Shown here in pieces: positions 9,008 through 21,802 of a stretch of DNA of 64,000 nucleotides. Under the pieces are notes generated by a model. That model saw only the letters and a program-made list of their open reading frames with translations, ran no database searches and was not told the DNA's origin. The position numbers and the translations under genes were made by a program. The first letter of the stretch is position 1, and each line of letters opens with the position of its first letter. This DNA comes from Hormiphora californensis (Eukaryota > Animalia > Ctenophora), in the NCBI GenBank assembly GCA_020137815.1, contig CM035355.1:2728001-2792000 (forward strand), given 5' to 3'.

Positions 9008-12004
9008 CAGGGTGTGAACTGCATGTCGTGTTTGCTAGTCGCGAGCGCGCTTGCGAGACAAGTAAACACGTCAAGGTTCATTAACAAGCATGCTGCTCAG
9101 TCATTTTAGATTTAATACACAATGTAAGGATACCATGTAATAGGTGAGACTCTTGCCGTCACCCTCGTTCAAGTCCCGTGAAAAACGGAGCAGTACACGC
9201 AAACTGATGCCCATTTTCCTCGCGTGACCCCGATTCAGCAGTTTGAGACACCAACTCTTTAGGGGGCCATATCTCAGGAACCAGACAAGATAGGAAAAAT
9301 CGCCGTCTAATGAGGCGTACAGTTTTTAATCTAGTTTACCACTGTACCGGCCGTTTCACTCTCCGACCTAAAACAAAAATCGCAACCCCACAAAACTTCA
9401 AAATAATGAAATTCGCATCTCGCATGTCGTGTTGCATGTCGTGTCATGTTATTGACGCGCTCGCGTTCAACTCTCACACAGCAGCTGCAGAACATGGCGG
9501 GAAACATCGAGGAGTAGAGAGAGGGTCGGTGCCGAATCAAATATTTCTTGATCTTGATCTATTCCATCTCTCAGCTATCCTACCCCTCATCAACTCGATC
9601 TCTCAGCTACCCTACCCCTCATCTACTCCATCTTTCAGCTACCCTACCCCTCTTCTACTCCATCTTTCAGCTACCCTACCCCTTATCTAGTCCATCTCTC
9701 AGCTACCCTACTCCTCATCTACTCAATCTCTCAGCTTCCCTATTAGGGAAGCATAGAGATGGAAACAATTAGGGGTAGGGAATCCCTATCCATAATCGTT
9801 TCCATCTCTATGCTTCCCTAGCCCTCATCAACTCCATCTTTCAGCTACCCTACCCCTAATCTAGTCCATCTCTCCGCTACCCTACTCCTCATCTACTCCA
9901 TCTCTCAGCTACCCTACCTCCCATTTACTCCATCTCTCAGCTTCCCTACCTCCCATTTACTCCATCTCTCAGCTTACCTACCTCCCATTTACTCCATATC
10001 TCAGCTTCCCTACCTGCCATTTACTCCATCTCTCAGATACCCTACCTCCCATTTACTCCATCTCTCAGCTTACCTACCTCCCATTTACTCCATCTCTCAG
10101 CTTACCTACCTCCCATTCACTCCATCTCTCAACTACCCTACCTCCCATTTACTCCATCGCTTACCTTCCCTACCTCCCATTTACTCCATCTCTCAGCTTC
10201 CCTACCTCCCATTTACTCCATCTCTCAGCTACCCTACCTCCCATTTACTCCATCGCTTACCTTCCCTACCTCCCATTTACTCCATCTCTCAGCTTCCCTA
10301 CCTCCCATTTACTCCATCTCTTACCTTCCCTACCTCCCATTTACTCCATCTCTCATTTATCCTAACATTCCTACCCCTGAGAGATGGAGTAAATGGGAGG
10401 TAGGGAAGCTGAGAGATGGAGTAAATGGGTGGTAGGGTAGCTGAGAGATGGAGTAAATGAGAGGTAGGGAAGCTGAGAAATGGAGTAAATGGGAGGTAGG
10501 GTAGCTGAGAGATGGAGTAAATGGGAGGTAGGGAAGCTGAGAGATGGAGTAAATGGGAGGTAGGGAAGGTAAGCGATGGAGTAAATGGGAGGTAGGGAAG
10601 CTGAGAGATGGAGTAAATGGGAGGTAGGGAAGCTGAGAGATGAAGTAAATGGGAGGTAGGGTAGCTGAGAGATGGAGTAAATGGGAGGTAGGGAAGCTGA
10701 GAGATGGAGTAAATGGGAGGTAGGGAAGCTGAGGGATGGAGTAAATGGGAGGTAGGGAAGCTGAGAGATGGAGTAAATGGGAGGTAGGGAAGCTGAGAGA
10801 TGGAGTAAATGGGGGGGTAGGGTAGTTGAGAGATGGAGTGAATGGGAGGTAGGGTAGCTGAGAGATGGAGTAAATGGGAGGCAAGGATGGAGTAAATGGG
10901 AGGTAGGGAAGCTGAGGGATGGAGTAAATGGGAGGTAGGGAAGCTGAGAGATGGAGTAAATGGGAGGTAGGGTATCTGAGAGATGGAGTAAATGGCAGAT
11001 AGGGAAGCTGAGATATGGAGTAAATGGGAGATAGGTAAGCTGAGAGATGGAGTAAATGGGAGGTAGGGAAGCTGAGAGATGGAGTAAATGGGAGGTAGGG
11101 TAGCTGAGAGATGGAGTAGATGAGGAGTAGGGTAGCGGAGAGATGGACTAGATTAGGGGTAGGGTAGCTGAAAGATGGAGTTGATGAGGGCTAGGGAAGC
11201 ATAGAGATGGAAACGATTATGGATAGGGATTCCCTACCCCTAATTGTTTCCATCTCTATGCTTCGCTAATAGGGAAGCTGAGAGATTGAGTAGATGAGGA
11301 GTAGGGTAGCTGAGAGATGGACTAGATAAGGGGTAGGGTAGCTGAAAGATGGAGTAGAAGAGGGGTAGGGTAGCTGAAAGATGGAGTAGATGAGGGGTAG
11401 GGTAGCTGAGAGATCGAGTTGATGAGGGGTAGGATAGCTGAGAGATGGAATAGATCAAGATCAAGAAATATTTGATTCGGCACCGACCCTCTCTCTACTC
11501 CTCGATGTTTCCCGCCATGTTCTGCAGCTGCTGTGTGAGAGTTGAACGCGAGCGCGTCAATAACATGACACGACATGCAACACGACATGCGAGATGCGAA
11601 TTTCATTATTTTGAAGTTTTGTGGGGTTGCGATTTTTGTTTTAGGTCGGAGAGTGAAACGGCCGGTACAGTGGTAAACTAGATTAAAAACTGTACGCCTC
11701 ATTAGACGGCGATTTTTCCTATCTTGTCTGGTTCCTGAGATATGGCCCCCTAAAGAGTTGGTGTCTCAAACTGCTGAATCGGGGTCACGCGAGGAAAATG
11801 GGCATCAGTTTGCGTGTACTGCTCCGTTTTTCACGGGACTTGAACGAGGGTGACGGCAAGAGTCTCACCTATTACATGGTATCCTTACATTGTGTATTAA
11901 ATCTAAAATGACTGAGCAGCATGCTTGTTAATGAACCTTGACGTGTTTGCTTGTCTCGCAAGCGCGCTCGCGACTAGCAAACACGACATGCAGTTCACAC
12001 CCTG
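9008..12004. mobile_element. Foldback-type non-autonomous DNA transposon (~3 kb, almost entirely inverted repeat)
   Basis: Ends CAGGGTGTGAACTG...CAGTTCACACCCTG. ~550-bp unique arms are followed by inverted 32-bp tandem arrays around a ~23-bp centre. TA on the left flank only. Confidence 0.85.
9555..11455. repeat. 32-bp minisatellite arrays in inverted orientation (unit CTCCATCTCTCAGCTTCCCTACCTCCCATTTA)
   Basis: Period 32 (e.g. 9901/9933). Left array runs to ~10355; reverse-complement array starts at ~10379. Confidence 0.95.
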
Positions 12005-12426
12005 ATATAGTAGTAATTGAATTGTGCGGAGCACGGAAACAGTGCCAAGCGACTCAATGTAGTAAGGGATCTTGAGCGGGTGTCATGTGTAAGATGATGT
12101 ATCTGAACTTGAAGGACGTATGTTTTAATATTGTCTTGTCAATTTGTGTGTAAAATTTTTCTGAGATGTGTGATGCATGGAAGGGAGGATGTTACGTCAC
12201 CAGTTCATTCTGTGATGTTACATATTTTGAGCTGTTATGTTGTATAAAACACCATGAAACAGTGTCTTAGGTTCAGCCAAATACAAATATGTAAAGTTTA
12301 TTTCAGTATTTGACTCTAGAAAATATTTTTTGGTCACTTTTTGTAACACTATGTAACACGTTTAATTTTTGATTGCTATTCGTGATGATAAAATTCCCAG
12401 AAGTTTGAGATTTATTGTATATTTTA

Positions 12427-12572
12427 GGGGCGATTCAAAAAGGACGTCCAGGGGTAGGGGAGGGGGGAGGTAGCCGATTTCGGACATCTCTGGACAAGGG
12501 GGAGGGGGGTTTTGAAGGCCTGGACGGGTAAAAAATGACCAATAATCACGGACGCCCTTTTTGAATCGCCCC
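12427..12572. mobile_element. PIF/Harbinger-type (Tourist-like) MITE
   Basis: TIR GGGGCGATTCAAAAAGG / CCTTTTTGAATCGCCCC flanked by a TTA duplication. Confidence 0.85.
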
Positions 12573-13653
12573 TTAGCTGCTGAGTCATACCAGTGTGGGT
12601 GGTGTGAGTTGTGATATTGGGATACTTTTAATTTAAATCTTGATAATATGTTTGGTTTTCCCCCCTAAAATTAGCAAGTTTCCTTTTGTACCCACATACT
12701 TTATTCTTTTGTGTCCAACTAAACTGTCTGTGCAGTGCCATACATATATGAACGGTGTTCATGTACATGTATTTACGTGTTCATTGACGTGTTCATTGAA
12801 CAGTGTTCATGTACATAATGCGATGCAGTTGTATATTGCATGTTTTTAGTATCTATCTAATCGAGGCTATTATAGAGCCTATGTGGAACAAATACAAATG
12901 TTTGTCGTTCTCTGTCTACTTGACTGTCCTGTGGACACTGTCCCCTTATAAATTATAAGGGGACAGTGATGCTTCTGTATGTCTCCCTGTCTGTTTGTAC
13001 CGGTCTGTCTTCCAGTCTGTCTTCCTGTATCATACAATTGTGTTACTTTTAAAATGTACATAGTGGTACTGACTGACAGATCGGTCAAAGAGAACGAGAG
13101 AAGAGAGAGGAAGAGATTATCTCACATTGCAGCAGTGGCTCTGCCGCTCCTCCTCTCAGAGCCTTCTTTGTAATAATTTTCCCTCCCTCCTCCTCTCTCC
13201 TCTCTTACACACATATTCACTTTATCTATGTCTCGTTCTCTAATTACTTTTTCTCATAACACACCCACATAAACGAGCACGCACACTTACGTCTCTCACG
13301 CATAGGAAGGAGCCCATATAGAACTGGAAATACTACTACATTTCCAGATTTTTATGTTTTCCAAAACCTACCGTGAAATGTGTTGTGATGGGAGGAGGTG
13401 GGTGGACCTTTGGGAAGTCAACCCCCTCCTCCGACACCTGCCGACCGAGGCTGTTAACACCATTGATATGTTGTTTGGTAGAGGGAGATATGGAAATGGG
13501 ACATACTCCCTTATCATCTGTTTTTCCCGAGATTGAACGTTGCTCCTGAAATGGGAGAGGTGTGTGTTAGTTACTTGATCTGAAACAGGGGAGGTGTGTG
13601 TTAGTTACTTGATCCTGTAAGATGATGAGTTGTGTCTGCTTTGATAACTTTCT

Positions 13654-14575
13654 ATGGAGAACTACGTCTTCAAGACGAGGCCTGAGTGACATGAAAACAT
13701 CCCATCCCAAAACTTCGGTGAGAATTAGACTGATAGCCATTAGTCAGTTTTATTTTCCTAATGTGTCGTGTCAGGCACTTATTGTACGGTCTTATATGAG
13801 ACAAAATGTGTCATACATTAGATTAATCTTTGCTTCCGAGTTCCGTTGTCCAACGAATTTCTTAGACCACTTTCCTCTCTCCACAGTTGCAAGATGGCTG
13901 AGAAAGTGTTTGCCGACAATGGGAACAAAGACAAAATGCTCCTGGACAAAATGTTGTACCTGACTCCGACAATGTGGCAGCATCAGCACGGGCCATCCCT
14001 CTCAAGGTACATGGTTATTTTTTAGAACCCCCTCTCCCAGGACAAATATTATTTAGCACATTCTTCGACCTGTGTGGAGACTCCTTACTCTGCTAAAACA
14101 TGATAAACCCCCTTGTAAGTGACCACTCTCGAACCACCCTCCACCAGACCCCTCCACTAAACCCACCCCTCCACTATATCCACTCCTCCACTAAATCCAC
14201 CCTTCCACTAAACCAACCCCTCCCTCTTCCACAGCTGGGAGAGATATAGCATTTAGGTGCTGGTGATCAGCTCTATCTGACTTTAATAAATCACTAGTAA
14301 CTACAGATACCACCACAAACAGTAATTAACCCCCACCTTTATTTCATCTAGGTCTAATGAGGTGAATGCCCCATCTGTTCATGTTTGACCAGACGATACC
14401 AAGAAAGCAGAAACAGAGGCCGCTGCCGAGATCGCAACTGTTGACTCAGCCCCTGATTTCCCTGCACCTGCTGTTGATGCCTTCGCTGCTCCCTTCATTG
14501 CTCCCATTGTACCTGAAGTCTTGCTGGAGAACCGCCACCATAATGTTACCTGTTGGACACTGGACAGTCTTTGAA
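13654..14575 (+). pseudogene. Possible degenerate ribosomal protein SA (uS2)-like pseudogene fragments
   Basis: Colinear peptides MENYVFKTRPE, DKMLL, RAIPLK|gt, EV-MPHLFMF-PDDTKKAETEAAAE resemble RPSA motifs (MEQYIYKRKSDG, EKLLL, RAVLK, EVMPDLYFYRDPEE..AAAE). Frames are broken. Confidence 0.35.
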
Positions 14576-15214
14576 TTTGTGTTTTTATTCCCTTTTTTAT
14601 TTTAACTGCAAAATAATTAACTGTTTTAATATACAACTGAGATGAGATATCAACGCCCGGATATCTCATTTCAGAGTTAAGTATAATGAAAAAGGCTCAA
14701 TAAAATCCTCGCGATGCATCCTGCGTACCTGCTCAGTCATCCTGTACACGTTTTTTCAATTTTGCTAGCGCAACTAGCAACGAACGAAACATACCAATAC
14801 AAAGCAAACAATCCTGGCGCGCGCCTTAGTAGAGCCGCGCGCTCTAAACCACGCCCAGATGCTGTCTGAGATCTGGTTCCAAATGTTCAGACGCGCGGTC
14901 CATACCCCGCCTCTCAAAAAATCCGACTTTATAATTATTATTATTATTTTTATCGAATTTTCGAAAAGAAACTCGAATTTTATGCAGCGCGCTGCAGCGT
15001 ACAATGTGATTAAAGTGCGCGTTACAATTGTTTTAAAACCAGCCGTCGCAAAATTGCAACCTCAGCTCTGCACGAAAAAAATTTTCAAATTCATTTTCGT
15101 TTTCAAATTTCAATTTTCACTTATCACTTTTCTCTTTTCACAGTCCTTTGACAGGCTGTTACCCACGTATTCTCTAGTCTTTACATCACATTGCCACTTC
15201 TACATTCATTAGAA

Positions 15215-18200
15215 ATGATAAGAGCGTTTTCCAGACACCAGCTACGATCCCTCTCCTGTGCCAGACGGTTTTCAGTGTCTCGGGCGTGCAGTGTTGAGTT
15301 TTGCGAAAGTGCAGAATCAGCATTGAGAGACGTTAAAAACGGAGACAAGCTTCTTGTTGGGGGTAAGAATCACAAACCAAAATTAACAACGACATTTATT
15401 GTAGTCACACTCTTTCCAACAACCGCCATGGCCAAATTACACAGTCTCTTATCTCCTTTTGGTTTACCCAGCTTCTTGCCCTGGAATTAGATTGTCACGT
15501 TAAAGTGTTAAACATGCTAAATTCTAGAATTTTCCTGGAGGGTTATGTCATACCTTGCATATTAAGGTAATGGTCTCTGAGTGAGAGTGAGGATGCCAGG
15601 GGACCTTCCCCATCAAACTCTCCCACAGGACACATCCAATAGCAAACACATCACTTTGTACACTCGGTGTGGCCTGGAGAGAGAATTTCAATTTATGAAA
15701 CAGTACACTCATATATATTGAATTTCTAACTACATAATAAGAAACGACAGGGGGTATATTACGGGTTGAGTCGCCTGACACTGTGTCCGTGCTCTGGAAA
15801 GTATGTACAATTTAAATTACAGGGGAGTTGTTTGCCCACCTGGTGTAGCCAGGGGTCCCTCCACCTCCAGTAAAGGGGATGGGCAGGTCTGGGAGGGCCA
15901 TCAACAGGTCGGGCGTAGGACAAGTTACTTAGTTTAAATACACCGCCACCACACATCATGACAGCATGGGAGGAGACACTGAAGAGATTGTTGTGTTGTT
16001 GCTTGGTAACGAAATTACCCCTACCGGCTACCTTGCGGGCTAAAACGTGCCTTACCGCAATGCCCTACTCAACGAGGGGTAATTTTGTTACCAGCTTTGT
16101 TGCAATATAGGGAGTGATACCGGTCAGACAAGTATTTAGAGGAAGTTATTTCTGAACACAAATATCTCATTTCACTGCTGCAGAGTCTCTGCAGCAGTGA
16201 AATTATTTAAAAAGATGCCTGGATAAACGAATAAACTGTTAACTAATGTCTTCTATGTACTATCAAGTATCATTGCCAATACTTTTTCGTTAGAAAATAA
16301 TGCCTTTTTTAAGAAACTAGATCCAAAAACCAAACAAGTTTGGTGGATAGCCGGGGCCGCAGAAATTTAAAAACGTGCGAAAGTTTTGATACATGAACTT
16401 TCGGGGCCTGGGGTGCTGTTAAATTCGCGTTTCCATGATTATAACCAGCAACATTTTCAAACTATACTCCAGGAAAACTATCGCAATGATTGCAAGTTAT
16501 CATTATTTTTGATTCCACATTAACAAACATACAGCTCCACACATATCACGTATAATATACTGCACACAGTGGGTCGTTTCAGAATCTGTTTTACAGAATA
16601 ATAGTGTGTTTTGAAAGAACGGCTGACTATCATGAAAACGCGAATTTAACAGCACCCCAGGCCCCGAAAGTTCATGTATCAAAACTTTCGCACGTTTTTA
16701 AATTTCTGCGGCCCCGGCTATCCACCAAACTTGTTTGGTTTTTGGATCTAGTATCAGGCATTTTGTTATACTACTTAGCTGAGTTTAATAAACGTGGATT
16801 GGGGATTCACAGACTTATTCAATCGCAGATATCCAATCTCGGATATCAATTGCGAATAACGAATATGATAGTAATCGCGGATAACCAATCGCGGATAACT
16901 GATCAGGAATCCGTTATAAGTTATCGCGATTAATTATCGCGATTAGCTATCGCGATTAGCTATATTTGCGATTAGCTATCCGTGATTGGTAACTATCATA
17001 TTACTCATTCGCGATGAGTTGTCGTGGTTAGTTATCCGCGATTATTCTCTGATTTTGATTATTAGTTACGGATAACGATCACGGATAAGCATTGATAATC
17101 AAATATATCTGATACAATCAGGTTCTAGATGCTAATTCGCTCTTTTCTCGTTTTTTTTAAATCGTCTTATATTTAAGAAGTCCATAACTCTAGATGTGAC
17201 TACCCATTATACGAAAATGCGGCAGTAAACCTTATTTTATAAAATAAATCTGATTCAATGTAAATTTAGACTCTGAAACGCTTCTTTCTAGGCGTTTTAA
17301 AATCGTCTTAAATTTAAGACAGTCATAAATCTAGATATGACTTCCAATTATATCTGAAAATACAGCAGTTGACCTACGTTGGCAAAATATATGTGATAAA
17401 ATCATGATTTATTTATTTATTTGCTCTGTTCTAGGTTTTTTTGAAAATCGTCTTAAATCTTAATACAGTCATGCCCGTAACTGAAGAACCGTAACTCGGA
17501 TTTGCTTGAAATTTTTATCGTGTGTTCAAGATGTCGAGACAACATTACGTATCAAGCGGCGTATTCGTAGAACGACGGGAAGGCGTCTTAGACGCCAAGA
17601 AAACTTAAGACAGTCATAACTTTTGTTATGACTGTCCGTTTTCTCTGTCCAAGCTTTAATACAAGTACACCACTAGACCTACCGACTCCCAAAGTTCATG
17701 GTGATAGCTTTAAAACTGTGGCCTCTATTGTGTACGCAAAAAAGTGGTTATTTTACGGTCGTTCGTGACGCGAAAAAACGGACATTTTGTCTAAAATAGA
17801 CCCACTGTAACGTAAAAACCGTAACTCTGATTTGTTATAAATTTTGAACGTGTGCTCTAGGTGTCAAGGCAACACGAACTACCAGCGGCAAGTTCGTAGG
17901 ACAACGGGAAGGTTGTCTAAAACAAAGTTGAAATTGCCGATTTCAGACAATAAGTATAGTACGCTGTCAAAATTTTCAAAATTTTCAAAAATCAAAAAAT
18001 TTTTTTTTCGCAATTTCGATTTCCATTCACTGGAAGCAAGAATGCTTGGAAAATGGACATTTTTAAGGGAAGGATGGTTGGGGGGAGGGAGGATTGGGCC
18101 CCGGGCGCTTGCCAGCGCTATGATTTTCGGAGTCTAATGCCTTTCGAAATAAGTTGACACTGGGTGCAGAGAGGAGGGGTTCTTACCAAGTATGGATAAT

Positions 18201-21200
18201 GGAGTTACTGTGAAGGTATGCCAGGGCCCTGGAGAGATGGGCCACTAAGTTGTTCAGTTCAGTGACGTTTAGTTGCTGTTTATTCTTGTGTAGTATCCTG
18301 TGTAGTGTTGTGCACTGTTCTGTTACAAGATACACTTGCTTCACGCTCACCGTTATGCCTGTCATGGGGAATGTTACTCTTCAATTTCACTAATATGTTA
18401 TATTCTAAAGGAATTGAAGAAGGCAAGGTGCAAACTAGACAACTACATGATAACCACATGATAAACACATGATAACACATGATAAACACATGATAACCAC
18501 ATGATAACCACATCATGTTATTATTTGGGAACTGCAGCAGCTAAAACCCAGTGTGTACTTGTTTTGTTCAAACCCCGGGGTGCGGGGAGGGAGGGTCGAC
18601 AAGGCACTAACCCAGTAGCTGGATAAGGTGAGGGTGCCGGAGAGCACAATGTACATCCATCTCCTACACATCTGTTGGACTGTCCCGGCCTTGTTCCCAA
18701 CCAAACTGACTGGAGTGTACCCCCATCTACCTGATACATAGCGGGATCTGTTATAGACTAGCGACCACATACATACATATCGGGGGACAGGGGGGGGCAA
18801 CAAAACAGTATGAAAAAAGTTCTAAAAAGGTAATTTTTACCTTGTCTGAGAGTACTGTAACTTGAAACAACTTCATATTTCTTATCCTCCAATATAACAT
18901 CTCCTTCTCGAATCTCTTGCACAACGGACAGTACACCTAGTGGGAGGGGGGTTGTTAACAGATCCTTCAGATCCTATGATATTATTGGAGGGGGGTTGTT
19001 AGCAGATCTTACCACAATATTTTCTTGAAGGTCAAACCTGGTAAATTAGTGGTTGACTTGAAGGATCCACTGACTTCAAAAACTCCCTTTCCCTTTAACT
19101 CTGGTGACTGGTTAGCAGGACTGAAGTTCTCTTGGCTACACGAACTAAGTTTACAGTTCATAAGGTTTGTCTCTGACTTAGAGTCCATTTGGGTATGAAG
19201 AACTGACAACTGGTTTTGAGTTTGGGGAGAGTTGGTGTACCTGTAAAGAAAGTTGTGTTTTAGTTGTCTGTTTCTGTTTCTGTTTGTTCCTGTTACTTTG
19301 TCTGTTTCTGTTTGTGTCTGTTCCTGTTTGTTTGTCTGTCTGTTTCTTCGTGTGTCTGTTCCTGTTTGTTTAGTTGTGTGTTCCTGTTTGTTTAGTTGTC
19401 TGTTTCTGTTTGTTTAGTTGTCTGTTTCTGTTGGTTTAGTTGTCTGTTTCTACGTGTGTCTGTTCCTGTTTCTTTGTCAGTCTGTTTCTGCGTATGTCTG
19501 TTCCTGTTTGTTTAGTTGTCTGTTTCTGTTTTGTTTTCGGTATGGTGTACCTCAAGGAGACGCTCCTAGTTTTGCCTGTCCTCGCCTGATCTAGGGGGTA
19601 AGGGGTGAGCGGGTTAGGATACGATAGAGATGGGCTTGGTTTGCGAAACATGCAGCTAAGTTATTATTTATCATGGCATAGACTACTGCAAAGTAAATTT
19701 AATTAATTATTAAATTGATTGATCTGAATTATACCAGCTCTATGACTTACAATCTGATTTCCACTGACGGGGTGTATTAAACACTGTGTTGGGAAGTTTA
19801 GAAGGAGTGGTGTGGTAATCATACTGAGTTCTCTTCTCCCGTGGTCCCTTCTTCCCTACCCATCTCGCCAGAAACATTTACCACTTTGTCAGGGGATTGG
19901 GAGTGATGGATTGGAGGAAGAGAGGGAGGAGAGGGAGAAGGAATAAAGAAGGGGGTTAAGGGGATTAAATAATACTACATGATCTGCGTATAATGCATAT
20001 TAACATTGATTAAACTGCTCTAAACAAGCTACAACTGCAATAAACTCACACACATACACAAGTGACATGCAATATATACAGTAAACATACTTGTAACAGC
20101 GAGGTGCAAAAATAGACAAGGTCAGGTTGACTGGAGCGAGCTATCTAAACCATGTAAAAAATTAACTCAAACCCCCCCCCCCCCCCTCACTAACTCCGGC
20201 CTTCCTAACTATTACCTACCTAATTAATCACCTAATTAATTACCTAACTACAGGTTTCGGGTTGTGTGGTATACCAGAGTACCTGATTGATGGGTTAGTG
20301 AAAAAGGGAGTTACGAATCTGACATGTGTATCAAACAACGCTGGTAAGATATCAGATATAGTAAGAGAGATAGTAACGGCTCTGAGATGTTATCACTAAA
20401 ATAGAGGAGATATATCATGACGCAATGTGAGACACCAATGTTATGTTCTAGGTCAGGCTTGTCTCATATAAGACCCTCCTCTTCGCACCGGGCCGAAGGC
20501 CCGGTGCGGCTACGTGAGGCCGCGTAGCGGCCTCGCGATGTACAGTCAGTGTATGACAAGGACCTAGAATCTAGGTCGGCGGACTCTAGTGCTAACGGAC
20601 TCTTTATCTAAACCCAAGGCGGACTCTATATCTAGCACTAGAGTCCACACACCATGTTATGTTCTAACCCTCCTCGCCGTCGCGAGGCATAGAGAGAGGG
20701 GGTGGAACAAGCTGCAAAGTCACACACCCTGCCTTCTGACAATGCTCTGACACACTATGCTTTCCACAGGTTTGGATGACTTTGGGTTAGGATTGCTACT
20801 AAACAACAGACAGGTAGAGAGGATGATCAGTAGTTACGTGGGGGAGAATGCAGAGTTCGAGAGACAGTTCCTGACTGGAGAACTGGAAGTGGAACTTACA
20901 CCCCAGGTAAAGTCGGATTTTTTCCCTGCCCGGGTGAATGCCCGAAGGGCATTTACCCGGGATGATGTTTTTAGCACGCCGCACGTGCTAAAAAGATCAT
21001 TCAGGGTTTAGAAATCAGCAGATTGTGTAGTTAACTAAAAGTGTCCGTCCGTCCGTCACGGACAACGCTTGACAACGCTCCTTCATCAAATCAATTAATT
21101 GTTTTGATGAAATATGATGTCACGAGGCGCTTCTCCTGCAGGAAACTCGCGCGCGCACAGGACGTTTATGTTTCACTTCAAAGAAAGTCTATAACTTTGG

Positions 21201-21744
21201 CGCCGCGCCCTACGTCATTGTACTGTACAATGTTCACTTTTGAGTTGTGGCAATGGCATGAACTGCGACTTGAATACTACATGATATCACATAACCTTGA
21301 AACTGGAGTCTAATTAGTCAACCCATCAGCTTTACCGGCTCACATATCAGCATCCACTTAGAAGCAGGCGTGGCATAATCCAGATCTCATGCCGGCTGTC
21401 AAACTTTGACTCAAAGTTTATATCCTTGAAGTTGGGCAGGGAAATACAGCATTATGGGTACATAATGCAAATAATTCTTGTTTGAAGTTGTCACCCCTCT
21501 TCTCTCAAAGTTGATAAATTTCACAACCCTACACCTGCATTTGGGGTGACAACTTCAAAAATCCGAATTTAGGCTAGAGGGAAGATCAGTAGTTAGCAAC
21601 AACTCACACAATACTGCAATAGAGGGCAAGAATGCGTCATGTAATGCACTCTATATAGTCTGCAGTAGACATTGTGAAACCTTTTTCTTAGTTCTTACTC
21701 GTTCTTACTATTTCTCTCTCTCTCTCTCTATCTATCTCTCTCTC

Positions 21745-21802
<58 letters not shown>

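Noticed and set aside
9555-11455. CRISPR-like periodicity
   Set aside because: Contiguous tandem units without unique spacers, in eukaryotic context.
9310-11702. Mirror ORFs of 126, 74, 69 and 175 aa
   Set aside because: By-products of the palindrome and the 32-bp repeats; no transposase motifs.
16561-18170. Transib/RSS-like CACAGTG termini
   Set aside because: The right end is ambiguous (17800 or 18160), the match is short and no 5-bp TSD was found.
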